From Octopus bimaculoides (lineage: Eukaryota): a stretch of DNA of 63,959 bases. The translations under genes and the position numbers were made by a program. The stretch lies in NCBI RefSeq assembly GCF_001194135.2, contig NC_068984.1, positions 14,165,921-14,229,879 on the forward strand. The letters are read 5' to 3'. Below, piece after piece: positions 36,953-50,665 of this stretch. Under the pieces are notes generated by a model that saw only the letters and a list, made by a program, of their open reading frames with translations, made no database searches and was not told where the DNA came from. Position 1 is the first letter of the stretch, and every line of letters starts with the position of its first letter.

Positions 36953-38928
36953 ACGCCTACGTTGGTAACGCGAAACAGTGATGTGAAGTAAACAAACTTT
37001 TGGTTACCTCAAATATGTGAAATATTTTATCTTCTAAAGTCAATTCCATTGCAGTTTACCGCCAATAACATTTTCTCACTAATTGACAAATGTGCACATA
37101 CACAGTTATCCGTTGTGAGGTACCGTCTATCGGAGATAAGCTCACGTTTCCGACTAGTTATGCCCTCCTCAGAAAGAGTTAAAAATTATATGCAATCCTG
37201 AGCTGACCAAGCCTTGGCTTTATAATAAATCAGACAATACTAGTAACAGATCTGCGCTCGTGGAGCACCCGGTTCGAACAAACACATAGGCAGTAGGAAG
37301 AAGCAGAGATAGGAAACAAACAAACCCTAGGTTAGTTCAAATATGCTTGTCTCATCTTTTGTATTTACACATTTTACCATAAACGAGAATGTATTTCTCT
37401 GCAGTAAACTGCAGTGAATTTACTTTTAATAATATAATATGTCACTAACATATCTGAAGTTAAAGTTTATGTGTATGTAAATATGTATATATGTGTTTGT
37501 GTTTGTGTGTGTGTGTCCATTTTTCAGCTAATGCGTTTGTACCAACACCACCTACGGAAAAAAAATCAAAGGCCTTGTGCAAGCTATGTAACCTAGCCCC
37601 TTCATGATTATCAATATAGGTCGATAGGTTATATCGGCCGTACTCCAATAACTGTTTCTAGTAACAAGAATAAAAAGAAAATAGCATATATAAATATGGC
37701 AGACAGAAAATGCTTATAGATGAATATTTGCATAGCATAAAGGCAACATGGTCAATCTTCCTTTAGAAATCGAATGTATCATTTTATGCATACGTTAATC
37801 ACAGGGGCATATTTTTTGCTACCAAGCACCGACTCGCTTTCATTAATTTAATTTAAGTTTCATTTGTGTGACAACTGATGAAGAGAATGTTCTTTATGTT
37901 TGCATGTTTCGTTTTCATTTTGTCTACGTTTTTTTTATGTCCTGTACCCATATATGCATGTATATATACATATATATGTAGGTATGTACAAATATGTATG
38001 TATATGTGCATATATTTATATATTCTTTATATTATTATATATATATATGCATATCTACGTACATAAGTACATACGTAAGTACATACATGCATACATACAT
38101 ACATACATACATACATGTATTCCAAAAAGATGCTCAAAACAAAAAAAAAAAAGTTTCGTAACAAATGAAAGATCAAAAATCTACCCTGTAAGTGAATAAC
38201 TGATCATTCGATATGGGGAGACATGATGGGGGGGAAAAGGGTAATAAATAGAAATAGCGTTATAAAAATACGATTGGTTTGATAGCGAAAAGATGAATGC
38301 CGCAGACATAAGATTCAATTTCAGCCGAACTTTGTGATAATGTCGTCAACGGAAGTGTTGATCTCGCGTCAGATAGGTGCCATATTGACTGCTCAGCGAT
38401 GGCAATATTACTATCTAGATTTTAGAAATAATAACTGAAATGATAATATAAGTAGTGTTAATGCCGTAAGTAAACTAGTATTTATATTAGCTTAGAAATC
38501 CGTTTTGAAACCAATAGATGAGAGATGAAAGTAGATTGAAATTTATATATAATTCTTTGGTGTAAACGTACGCCAGTGATTGTCTGTGAAGTGTTTGTGT
38601 GTGTTTATGTTTGTGTGTATGAGACAAAAGTTATTTCTAAAACACCAAGCTAATAACAGCAGAGTCTGCCAGCCAGGGATTATATATGTAAAGGCCAGCG
38701 GTTATTTCCCAAAATATTTCGTTTGCTTTGACATAGTCATTATTTTAAGATATTATATTATGACTTAATTCATTATATACCGTCATATTTCTATAACACT
38801 GTCTTCTCCACATACATTATATTCGATTGATGAAGACATGTTAGATTATTTATAATGGAGGATGATAGTAGCGGGTTTAACCAAAGAGGAAACAAGGATC
38901 TATGCATATGAAGTGCATAAGGAACATA

Positions 38929-39092
38929 GGCGCAGGAGTGGCTGTGTAGTAAGTAGCTTGCTTACCAAAACACATGATTCCGGGTTCAGTCCCACTGAGT
39001 GGCACCTTGGGCAAGTGTCTTCTACTATAGCCTCGGGCCGACCGAAGCCTTTTGAGTGGATTTAGTAGACGGAAACTGAAAGAAGCCCGTTG
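38929..39092 (+). mobile_element. SINE family B head, young; runs into microsatellite and gap
   Basis: GGCGCAGGAGTGGCTGTGTAGTAAG..GGGTTCAGTCCCACTGAGTGGCACCTTGGGCAAGTGTCTTCTACTATAGCCTCGGGCCGACC..GGAAACTGAAAGAAGCCCG. Confidence 0.92.
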
Positions 39093-39127
39093 TATAAATG
39101 TATATGTATATATATATATATGTGTGT

Positions 39128-39169
<42 letters not shown>

Positions 39170-39688
39170 NNNNNNNNNNNNNNNNNNNNNNNNNNNNNNN
39201 NNNNNNNNNNNNNNNNNNNNNNNNNNNNNNNNNNNNNNNNNNNNNNNNNNNNNNNNNNNNNNNNNNNNNNNNNNNNNNNNNNNNNNNNNNNNNNNNNNNN
39301 NNNNNNNNNNNNNNNNNNNNNNNNNNNNNNNNNNNNNNNNNNNNNNNNNNNNNNNNNNNNNNNNNNNNNNNNNNNNNNNNNNNNNNNNNNNNNNNNNNNN
39401 NNNNNNNNNNNNNNNNNNNNNNNNNNNNNNNNNNNNNNNNNNNNNNNNNNNNNNNNNNNNNNNNNNNNNNNNNNNNNNNNNNNNNNNNNNNNNNNNNNNN
39501 NNNNNNNNNNNNNNNNNNNNNNNNNNNNNNNNNNNNNNNNNNNNNNNNNNNNNNNNNNNNNNNNNNNNNNNNNNNNNNNNNNNNNNNNNNNNNNNNNNNN
39601 NNNNNNNNNNNNNNNNNNNNNNNNNNNNNNNNNNNNNNNNNNNNNNNNNNNNNNNNNNNNNNNNNNNNNNNNNNNNNTATATATATAT

Positions 39689-39727
<39 letters not shown>

Positions 39728-39729
39728 CA

Positions 39730-39761
<32 letters not shown>

Positions 39762-42364
39762 CCAAAGGTGAGGAAACGACAAATGATTTAAAAGCTAACG
39801 GAATCCCAAGGGTAGAATACACGAAATCCATGATTTAGGTACTCGAAAACAGTCGGAAGTACGAGGACGGTCCGTGTGAGCGTGCAGTAAATAATCAATT
39901 CAAATAAAAAAAAAAAACAATTCAAAAATCAAAAAGAAACGTGAAAAGCAACGAACACGATGTGGTGCACCAAATGTATATTAGCTTCACGCTTGTTGAA
40001 AGGACAACACTGAACGATTAACTGTTTTACCAAAATGTTTAACATATAAGTTTGAAAAACTAGTAAAAAACGGTTAATCGATAAGTTGGTTAACGAAGTA
40101 ACTAACCCATTAACTAACAACGACAATTAAGGACCGAACCAGTGCGTGTGTTTATTATTACCGGCATAATGCCCCTCCCAGGGTTCAATAGTATTTCTTT
40201 CAACACACGAATTCACATCAAGAATCTTGCAAACCAAATACAAATATGAACTATATATATAATTGTGTACCATGTTCTCCCTTTTATTTTGTTTGTTTGT
40301 TTTTTGTCTCTTTGTTGTCGTATACATTCGCTAGCTTTCTTTAAAAAGGGGCCTAATGCTCTTAGGTTAGACTTTTTGGGGGCAACTAGATCGAACCATC
40401 TCAAGAGTAACTGCCCGAAATGGTTGTGACTTCTGGTGTTTGACTGAGGAAAGACAACCAAGAATGACCCGTTTTTTTTTTTGCCTCTCTTTCTAATTGT
40501 TGTTTCTCTTGTCCGCCTTTGTATCACTTAGCTGTCCGAATGTTTTATTGTACCATTNNNNNNNNNNATATATATATATATATACATGTATATATATATT
40601 TTCTTTTATAGTTTCAGCTTAGAGCTGCAGCCATGCAGCTCTATTACAGGGAGCCTCTTACAATTTGTGGCACTTGGTGAAGAATGGAATTTGATTTAGC
40701 AACCCTCATTTGCACCTCCTGCCACGAGGTAGGTTCATCTGGGACTCTCGACAGGAAGAGGTCCAGCTTTACACATATATATATTAGAAAAAATAAGGTA
40801 CTCAGGTATCTGGATGGTTGTACATTTACAGATTTTCATTAATATGTCACATGTTTTTATATCGGAGTGTACGATACGTGATAGAAAGAAAAGCTTGAGT
40901 TAATAAAAGAAGAGTACGTACTCCTATTTAATTTATTGTGTTTGCAACTGAGTGGACCTGGACATTAATAACCATGGCCAATCTGGTGTCAAATCGAGGA
41001 ACAGTTTAAACCCACCGCCCATCACCAGGAATTATCATCTTAACTGGTTTCCACGTTTCTATAGAATTTCGCTTGATAAGAGGGCGCGGTGAGAGTTTGA
41101 ACCCCAAACTGCATAGTCATAAAACGAACTTCCTACCTACACACTCGACCTCTCAATTTCTCTCTCTTTATCTCTTTCTCTATTTATCTCTCTCTCTCTC
41201 CCGTTCTCTCTTTCTCTCTTTCTTTCTTTTTTCTTTCTATCCCTCGCTTTCTTTTCCCCTCGATTTCGTTATTGCCTTCTCCCTTCTTTGTTTTACCTTT
41301 CTCTACCGCTTTCTTTTCCCCTCTCCTTCCCTCTCCCTACCTCCCTCCTTCACTCACTCAACCCATGCCTGCTGGTAACCCTGTATCTTTTTACTCTCTC
41401 TCTCTCTCTCTCTCCTTTCAACAAAATATCTCATTTTGTCAATCTATCTCTCACACATTCACATTTTCCTTACTCACCTCTCTTTCCCACTTTCCATTAT
41501 GCATACACAGACATATATTTATCACACATCAACACACTTGAAGATAAAGAGTATTTGGTTTTATACGTGCGTATAATCACCACATTAACAGACGGACATT
41601 TTTGAAACAGGCTGGTATCTGAACGTATATACGAAAGAAATCAAAATATTAATCCCTCATGAATTCCTATTTTATGTTCTACAATAATCATTGTGTACAA
41701 CATATTATGATAAGCAAATATCTTATTATATTTTAGATTCACGTCATATTTTCATATCAATGTATCTCCCAAGAATATTGCAGCGCGCTGATATTTTTTC
41801 TCTAATGTATTATCTGTAGCAATAGATAAATTGCTCTCGACATATCTACTCCTGAAATTCAAATAACAAAGTTTCGCATCTGAAACTTTTCTGTTTTTTC
41901 TTAAATTAGACCGTGAAATATTGATAGATTATTTAAGAATGGAATATATGGGTATGTACGTACATATATATACATATTTGTGTGTACGTGTGAGTGATCG
42001 GGTGTTTGTGTGCGTATATATATATATCGCTATATCAGAAACCTGCATTGGCTCCATAACTACCGTTTCGGGTATAACCTTGGAGCACTATTAATCCGTT
42101 ACAGCACTTACCGAAAGTAACTAGTCGTTTAGATCATCTGTGAATTAAACCCCAATATATTTTGCGTGTGTGTCTGTATATATATATATATATATNNNNN
42201 NNNNNNNNNNNNNNNNNNNNNNNNNNNNNNNNNNNNNNNNNNNNNNNNNNNNNNNNNNNNNNNNNNNNNNNNNNNNNNNNNNNNNNNNNNNNNNNNNNNN
42301 NNNNNNNNNNNNNNNNNNNNNNNNNNNNNNNNNNNNNNNNNNNNAGAGAGAGAGAGAGAGAGAG

Positions 42365-42525
42365 AGACAACCGGCTTCTTTTAGTTTCCGGCAACAAAAT
42401 CCACTCATAAGCTTTTTATGGGCTCGCGCCAATAGAAGACACTTGCGCAAGTTGCCACGCAGTTCTACTAAATACAAAACCATGTGATTCGGAATGAAGA
42501 TTCCTACCACACAGCACCTATGCGT
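42365..42525 (-). mobile_element. SINE family B head, diverged
   Basis: GGCTTCTTTTAGTTTCCG..AATCCACTCATAAG..TAGAAGACACTTGCGCAAG; adjoins (GA)n and a gap. Confidence 0.8.
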
Positions 42526-42531
42526 GTATAT

Positions 42532-42581
<50 letters not shown>

Positions 42582-43574
42582 GGATAGATACATGCATACA
42601 TACATACATACATACATACATACATACATACGCAGTTTAGTTTGAGCTATTTTTAGAACGAGACCACCATGCGGTTGAATAAACAGATAAAAAAATTTTG
42701 GTCAGAATTATCTTCCATTTCCAAGAAATAAAACTAGCGGTCAAAATGCCCTTGTAAAAAACCTTGATGGATTGTAGCATTATAGTACACTAATACATGA
42801 CTAGAATGCACCTTGAAAGCCGTTGAAACGTTACGTAGACGAAAATATAATATAAATGAATACATGATAAAAAAAAATTGAATATTCCCTATTCTCTGTT
42901 TTCCTTATACTAATTCATTTGGTTATCATTACTCTCGGATTCCAGCCGAGATTCTTTAAGGGTAGAAATCCCTGGTTTCTCAGCGGTAAAACTGTGGATG
43001 TTGCGAATGAAAAAATATAATCCAAATAAAACGCAGAAATTCTTAACACATGTTTAATGATTCGCTATAATTGTTTCCGTACCAATTCTTCTTGCAACGC
43101 CAATTTACACTTCGGAGTGAAAATCCACTTAATGTTTGCGTTATTAGACTTTCGAACGCCACTTCCCCAGACTTGCATCGTGTTCCCCTCTTTAGAGGTT
43201 AACACGACTTTACCACTCGGATCTGTAGGAAATCGAGCTATTCTATGCAACTAGGGCCTTATGGGTTCTTTATTACGTAATAGTCGTGGTTATGACACAA
43301 GGAATGGTTCAGTCAAAACAGTTGTCGAGATAAGCCATTCCAGAATTCCTTCTGTTTATTTTATATTGTCTATTTTGAATTTCATGTAAATATATTCATC
43401 AAGCCTACGTGCGTTTATCTGCCATTTTCGTTAAGTATGATAAAACGTTTTGTATACCTTATTTAACGAGTATATAAGTGTCGAAAGCCACAAAACTGCT
43501 CTATTCGGTTTGAGAAAACTTCTCGTATAAAAGTATAGAAGTATTGTCCTAAAAAGCATAACATTTTGTAGAAA

Positions 43575-43616
43575 GATGGATAGATAGATAGATAGATACA
43601 TACATACATACATACA

Positions 43617-43647
<31 letters not shown>

Positions 43648-43689
43648 GTTGACAGAAAGACGGACAGACAGACAGACAGGCAGGCAGGC

Positions 43690-43724
<35 letters not shown>

Positions 43725-43985
43725 TAGATAGACAAATAGATAAATGGTAGGTAGATAAGCAGAGTGGTAGATAGATAGATACATATGTAGACAGACGGAC
43801 GGGCAGACAAACAGGCAGACAGACAGATAGATAGTTAGATATATAGATAGATAGATAGATATATAGATAGATACATACATATGTTGACAGAAAGACGGAC
43901 AGACAGGTAGACAGGCAGACAGACAGACAGATAGATAGACAGATAGAAGAGCATATACATATACGTATGTATATATGTATATATG
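43575..43985. repeat. Compound GATA/CATA/GACA microsatellite with internal duplication of about 236 bp
   Basis: The non-simple spacer CATATGTTGACAGAAAGACGGACAGACAG occurs at about 43643 and 43878. Confidence 0.9.
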
Positions 43986-46134
43986 TTTCCTCAAATATGT
44001 TTCACCACAAATTGGCCCTGGCCATGTCTCACATAATAGCTACCACTGATAGAATGTGCGAAGGTATTTTTAAATGTATTATAAATGTATTATGCATTAA
44101 TGCTAGTAAATACCGTGTGGTAAATGAATAAAGAAATCCTATAAGTTATCTAAACTGAAATGGCATCGGCAAAAATATTCGCCATGTTTTCGTAATGTTT
44201 ATTTAAGATATTTTTAACTTAATTCCATTTACCATAGCTGATGTGATTCATATGAAAATACAAACAAACACACACACAACACAGAAACAGACACACACAC
44301 ATGTATATATATATGTGTGCATAAATGTATATATATATATATATATATAATTTTCCATNNNNNNNNNNATATATATACATACATATATGTATATATATAT
44401 ATATATATATAATTTTCCATACATATACATACTCTCATGATTGATTTTTTTTTATCTATTCTCTTTGATTTCACTTAAAATCTCTTACACCCAGAATATT
44501 TTATAGTTTTCAATATCTTTATTTGTTCTTGGTTGTATGTTCGTAGCGAAAATGTGACTGCATTAGAAAGATTTTAAGACTGATAATCGAAGAAGAAAAC
44601 TCCGCGAATTTCAGAGACAAATAGTCTATTAATATCTTTTATTTTCCCATTTGGTTATTTAGATAATGTGTTAAATATCATCTCGATTTTATTAACGGAA
44701 CGTTTCTTTCTATTTACATAGGCAAACTGACACAGACACAAACAAATTTTGTTTAGACAAGATATAATATTAATTTGTGAGCAGATGAGTTAATTTCACA
44801 CTTGACATTGGGAAAGTGCGGTAAAATGTGTCTAACTAGGTAATGATCTTCGTAGAATGATAGTAGTAGACAAATAATGAAAGAGAATTAATCAATAATT
44901 AATACCAACCTAATGTCCGGTTTTCAATTAAATAGGCATTGTGCTGACTGCAATGTGCACAGAAGATTCTTTTATAAGACTTCATAAGGTCGTGACATGT
45001 TGCTCAATAACGATGTATTGTGTATTTAGATTGGTCAAACAAAACGAGGAACAAGAGAAGAAAATCAGCTGCGCTGAAGGCGGTCACGGAAGGTCATAGA
45101 TGTTATTACAAACTATTTCTTGGTGCAATGAACGTTTATACGCTTTCTTCAACAACTGGCGTCACATTCTTTCTTTCTTTTCAAAGCTGCCGTTTGTTTT
45201 TGTACATACAATTAATTCCTATTGACATAACTGAGCCAAGGTCACTTCTACATTTATTAATATATCCTACTACAAACATGCCGTTTAGAGAAGTTAATTT
45301 TAACATGTGTGCATTATAGACACAGATCTTCGTAGATGTTATCGAATGAATTTCCATGGCGTTTTCTGTTATTTGTTTACATTGATATTGGAAACATATA
45401 CAGTCAATAGTTTTTTCTCCAAAACAAATTTCGTATAACTTTCAATCCAAACAAATTGCATAATATTTTTTTTTCTAGTATTTTCGTTTTGCTTCACTGC
45501 TCTTCGAATTGATCCATGTTAATTCTGAAGATACATATGCATGACTGATTTTGTCAAAACTGAAAGAAATGTAAATTATTTGTATATAGACTTTAGACGT
45601 ATGAGAAGAACACGCTTGAAATATCAAACGAAATATTGATACATAACTAATAATTTCCTTTCTATATATTTTTCTTTACATCTTTTTAACGTTTTCCTTT
45701 TAATTTTTATTGTTTTCTACATAGCTCAATGTCCCGTTAGACTTATTTTTCTTTCTTTTCCAGCATATTTTTCAGCATGCTTCCGCTTATCTCGTTAAGT
45801 CGTTTGTATCATATCACAATATTTGGACACAAGTTAGTTTTTTTGTTGAGATTTTTCTTTCTCTTTCATTTTATTCCCCTCTAATATCCTTGATGTGGTT
45901 CTTGTAAAAGCATCACAAAAATAAGTTATACAATATCTGAATAAATACCTAAATAAACACAGATTATATGTCAGAATCTTTCCCAAACCGAATCGCAAAA
46001 TGAAGCCATTCGAAAATAATTTATACCCCATCGACATAAAATTAAGAGTGCAAGTACATAACAGAAATATGTATGCTTGTGTACGTGTCTGTATATCAGC
46101 ATATATAAATATGCGTGTTGGCAAACCAGCATTT

Positions 46135-46307
46135 CAACTTGAAGGGGCGACAGACCATCTCTGCGTTACCCAATTTACAGCCGAATAGACTACACCAATT
46201 TCAGATAAAGTGTTTTGCCCCAGGACCCAACGCACAGCCGGTCTAGGAATCGAAACTAAGATCCTCCAATACTGACTGCAAGACACTAATAACTAGGCCA
46301 AGCGCTT
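46135..46307 (-). mobile_element. tRNA-headed CORE-like SINE, diverged
   Basis: Minus strand: GCGCTTGGCCTAGTTATTAG (A-box-like)..GTTTCGATTCCTAG (B-box-like)..TCCTGGGGCAAAACACTTTATCT. Confidence 0.65.
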
Positions 46308-46771
46308 TCGCTCGTGCGCACATATATATAACGCATGCGTCTATATCTACATGTATATATACATATATGTATGTGTGTGTGTGCGTGCGTGTATGAGTGT
46401 GTTTATATGTGTGTTTATGTGCATGTGTGGGGGCACGTGAATATATATTTATTTGTTTAAAATTAGATAAAAGTCGCTCAACTAAAATTGGAAACGGTGT
46501 TTCAATTCCCTTATCAGTTACCTGTTGGTTCTGATCATCCGAGGCTGTATAAAAAGTCCCTACTTTGAAAACAGGAAAAAAAACAGTTAGCGGCATTAAG
46601 AGCACTTTGATGTAAACCAGTGCCTCACTAATATACTTATGAACCAAATCCTATCATAGGTCAGAGAACATGTGAAATGAATGAAGGAATATATCTAATA
46701 TATATATATACCTGTGTGTGTATTCATATGCGTGTGTGTATACATGTGTGTGTGCGCGTGTGTGTGTGAGA

Positions 46772-46809
<38 letters not shown>

Positions 46810-47769
46810 CTAGCAAGATAGATGTGTGTGTGTGTGTGGTGCGTAAGTGTGCTAGTGTATATAAGGTTGCACCCGCTCGCAGTGTTATGTATCAACACTT
46901 TGAATGCTTGATACAGTAGCAAAAATTGTGCACGTCAAAGTTAATTAATCTTTTGCCAACTGCTATTTGAATGACTGCCTTCGTTTTCATTTCATAGCCT
47001 ACCAATGTGAAGCCTGCAAACATGGTGATATTTCATATCATTTCTTCTCCCAGTTCACATGCTGAGTATATATTTTCATCAAGATAGCCCTCCCTCTTCT
47101 CATATCATGATGGTTGTGAGACGAGACTCCATTTTTTTCTTTCTTATTTAAACCTCATCTGTATATCGAAAAAAATCTCCAACGCCTGACATGAACTATT
47201 CTTGCAGCAAATTCCCTTCAACGAGACCAACCTAATGTATTACAGAAAAAAAAATAACGTTCTAGATATTTTATAAGTGATAACTCGGCATCTAATCCTT
47301 CCAGATAATTACCAATATGAAAATCAGGGCTCCGTTTCATTACATTCTCTATGTGTTCGTAGTTTGTTGAGGTTCAAACTTATCGCAATATCGGTGTTGC
47401 TTTTATTTTGCATAATTATCATGTATATTCCTAGAGTTGTTCCACTTCTACTTATGCAGTGTTCGTCGGTTAACTAGCATATTCCGCTGGTGCTTTGATG
47501 CAACTGCATTATTCCACTTAAAGTCAAATATGACGCATGTTACTGAAAATGGAAATGCAATAAAACTTGCAATCATTATTTTACTAATCGATATATTGCT
47601 TTCAACGCGCTTTACAGAATATAATAGAGGAAATCAATGGCTCCTCCGTCGGTTTCGACGAGTGTTTTAGTTATTTGATCAACTTAACTACCGACACACT
47701 GAACTATATTGCTAGTTAGATTTTCATATGTACATGATCATTGTGCTGCAGTTGACCTTACCATGTATT

Positions 47770-48090
47770 GTTTCAGGGTCGATAAAATAAGAACCAGTTC
47801 TGCACTCAAGTTGATGTAATCCATAGGTTCTGAAAGTGGATTCTACCACCCTCCGGTGATCGTTGAGATGGTCCTGGTGGGCGCTGGTGCCTAACGGAGC
47901 GGAGGAGGTGAGGGTGGTAGAGAAAAGGAGGCGTGGGTGAAATGCAGTGGATTGGAGGACGTTATGAAATTATTATGATATTATTATGATATTATTATGA
48001 TATTAAATATACAAGCGTGTTATTATAATATTATATACAAAATTATATAATATTATATTAAATATCAAATGATTGATAGTATATATAAAT
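47770..48090 (+). mobile_element. Composite unit 1: SINE A fragment (47770-47817) plus hAT-like MITE (47824-48090, 3' end missing)
   Basis: GGGTCGATAAAATAAG..GCACTCAAGTTGATGT, then TAGGTTCTGAAAGTGG and a GC-rich block GGTGGGCGCTGGTGCCTAA..GGAGCGGAGGA. Confidence 0.6.
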
Positions 48091-48103
48091 TAGTAAAATA
48101 TAA

Positions 48104-48581
48104 ACGGTAGCACGCCGGGCGAAATGCCTATCGGTATTTCGTCTGTCTTTACGCTCTGAGTTCAAATTTCACCGACGTCGATTTTGCTTTTCATCCTTTC
48201 GGGGTCGATAAATTAAGTACCAGATCAGCACTCAAGTTGATGTGATCTTTAGGCTCCCAAAGTAGTTTCTGCCGCCGTCCGGCGGCCGTTGAGACCGTCC
48301 AGGTGGGCGCTGGTGCCTAAGGGAGCGGAGGAAGGCCAATAGAGGAAAAGGAGGCGTTGGGGGGAAGGCAGTGAATTGGGGGATGCTATGAAATAATAAT
48401 AATATTATTATAATATTGTATACAAATTATATAGCATTATATTAGATAGCAAATGATTGATTTTATATATAAATAAATAACATATAAAATTTTTAACTAT
48501 GCATGAAAATATGGGTAGGGGCGCTGAGGGTATTATGTGTCCATGAGGTTGGGAGTGGCCCACCAAGGTTGAGAACTTCTG
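48104..48581 (+). mobile_element. Composite unit 2: SINE A 5' part (48104-48243) plus hAT-like MITE (48250-48581)
   Basis: MITE starts TAGGCTCCCAAAGT and ends AGGTTGAGAACTTCTG, resembling hAT/Charlie-type termini (CAG..GTTCYCAA). Shares the GC-rich block with unit 1. Confidence 0.65.
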
Positions 48582-48703
48582 TAGCCCCACCACTCACAAA
48601 ATTTCAAGTCTCGTGTGTATAGCAGAAAAAGATTTTAAAAATATACTGTATTTGAAGGCATTAAAGACGCACGGGCATATAGAGACACACCCCAATATTA
48701 GCA

Positions 48704-48923
48704 GTGCCGTTGGCGGTGAGCTGCCAGAAACGGTAGCACGCCGGGTGCAATGCTTAGCAGTATTTCGTCTGTCTTTACGTTCTGAGTTCAAATTCCGCCG
48801 AGGTCGACTTTGCTTTTCATCCTTTCGGGTTCAATACATTAAGTATCAGGTGCGTACTGGGGTCGATCTAATCGATTGGTCCCCGCCCCCAAAATGTCAG
48901 GACTTGTGCCTAGAGTAGAAAAG
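48704..48923 (+). mobile_element. SINE family A (tail type i), full length, with 10-bp target-site duplication
   Basis: AATATTAGCA at 48694-48703 and 48924-48933 flanks a complete head-core-tail copy. Confidence 0.92.
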
Positions 48924-48984
48924 AATATTAGCAACGCCTATTCAGAAGAAAAACATAGTCTTTTGAAGCATGTAATATTAGACT

Positions 48985-49180
48985 GCAGGAAGGCAGCGAG
49001 TTGACAAGACGGTTAGCACGCCGAACCAGATACTTGCGTTCTCAGTTCTAATTCGGCCCAAGTTGATTTTGCCTTTCTTTCTTACCGGGTCAAAAAAATA
49101 AGTGCTAGGATTGATATAATCGACTCAACTGCCCCTTCAAAAATGGTTGGATCTGTGTTAAATCTTGACACCAAAATTCG
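48985..49180 (+). mobile_element. SINE family A, diverged and internally deleted
   Basis: GGCAGCGAGTTGACAAG..TTAGCACGCC..GTTGATTTTGCCTTTC..ATCGACT. Confidence 0.7.
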
Positions 49181-50500
49181 ATTATGAAAGTCTCATATAG
49201 AGCTCATAAGAATTTTTTGAGACATTGTCTTTCAAAAAGAACCTCTTATCTGACATCAAATACGCTAGGTCTCAATGTATGGCAAAGCTGACCCTTGAAA
49301 TGGATGTTACAGTGCACTTGATTGACTTTTAGATTCTCCGTTTCCAAAATTCCGTTCACAATGTTTATGTCATATATTCTGTGGGATGGAACCCAAAATC
49401 ATACACACTGGCATACACCTGTAATCGCTGGAGAAGATAAGAAAGAAGGAAAGGATATAAAGAGAAACAAAAAAAAAACATATTTCTATATGCTTTTTCG
49501 ATATCCATCGATTTGCCGACAGGATGACAGAATTTTTAATCTCAAATTATTTTCTATTTAAGATGCTACCCATGATATGAAATATATTCAGTTTAAGTAC
49601 AGAGAGTCTATGAAAGCATAAAAAATTATTAACTTTAGCATTACTTTCATTTTCAGAAAAATAGATATATTAACTGTTTTTTAATTGGGTAACTTATTGA
49701 CATCTTATTCAGAAAATTTGGAACAAATATTTTTAATGGCTTTCAACAAAATATGTTTATCTTAAAAATATTTTATTCTATGGTTTGTAAGCGCAGCTTA
49801 TATATTGTACATACTTAGACGAATTCTCCATTACCATGTCCCTGGTTAATGTTCTCTTTTCGTTGTTATGGTGCGTTATGAGTCTGGCTTTGAAGGAGAC
49901 TCGACACCTGGTTCTAGCAGCACGTGTAACCATATATCTCACATTTATGAATATGTACGTGCATATTAATAACAGTTGAGACAGATGTTTAAGGTCAATA
50001 ATTAATGCTTAATATTCCCATAGCATTTCAGCGAAAAAGTTCAACCAAATTTTTATGCATAAACCAAATGATAAATGATAAATTTCATTGAAATACATTT
50101 TTATTGAAGATATGTTTTCATGAATTTGGGATTTCATAATTGTTGCATGTCAACAAATATTGAAGTCTGTATTGTATTATGAGAGCATGATATTCGAGGT
50201 CATTTCTTTTCGGTGAGGAGCGGAGGAAAATAATCTTTGATGTTACATATGCTAATTCCATGAATAAATTGAAAACATTTACTGTCTTATTTGATCTATT
50301 TAAATATTAACTTGAAATCACCTTGATCTGTGGGTAACGTGTGATAGACAAACAGATGAATATACAGTATAGTCTACCTATATAACACATATATAATTAT
50401 ATTTAACAGACTACACACACACGCGAAGAAGCATGCATATACATATACGCAAGCACACAGATATCCATGTATCTTCATACGATGCGATTTGTTTCAATAC

Positions 50501-50502
<2 letters not shown>

Positions 50503-50572
<70 letters not shown>

Positions 50573-50597
50573 TGTGTGTGTCTGTGTATGTGTGTCT

Positions 50598-50662
<65 letters not shown>
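50503..50662. repeat. Long (TG)n microsatellite
   Basis: Visible repeat. Confidence 0.95.
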
Positions 50663-50665
<3 letters not shown>

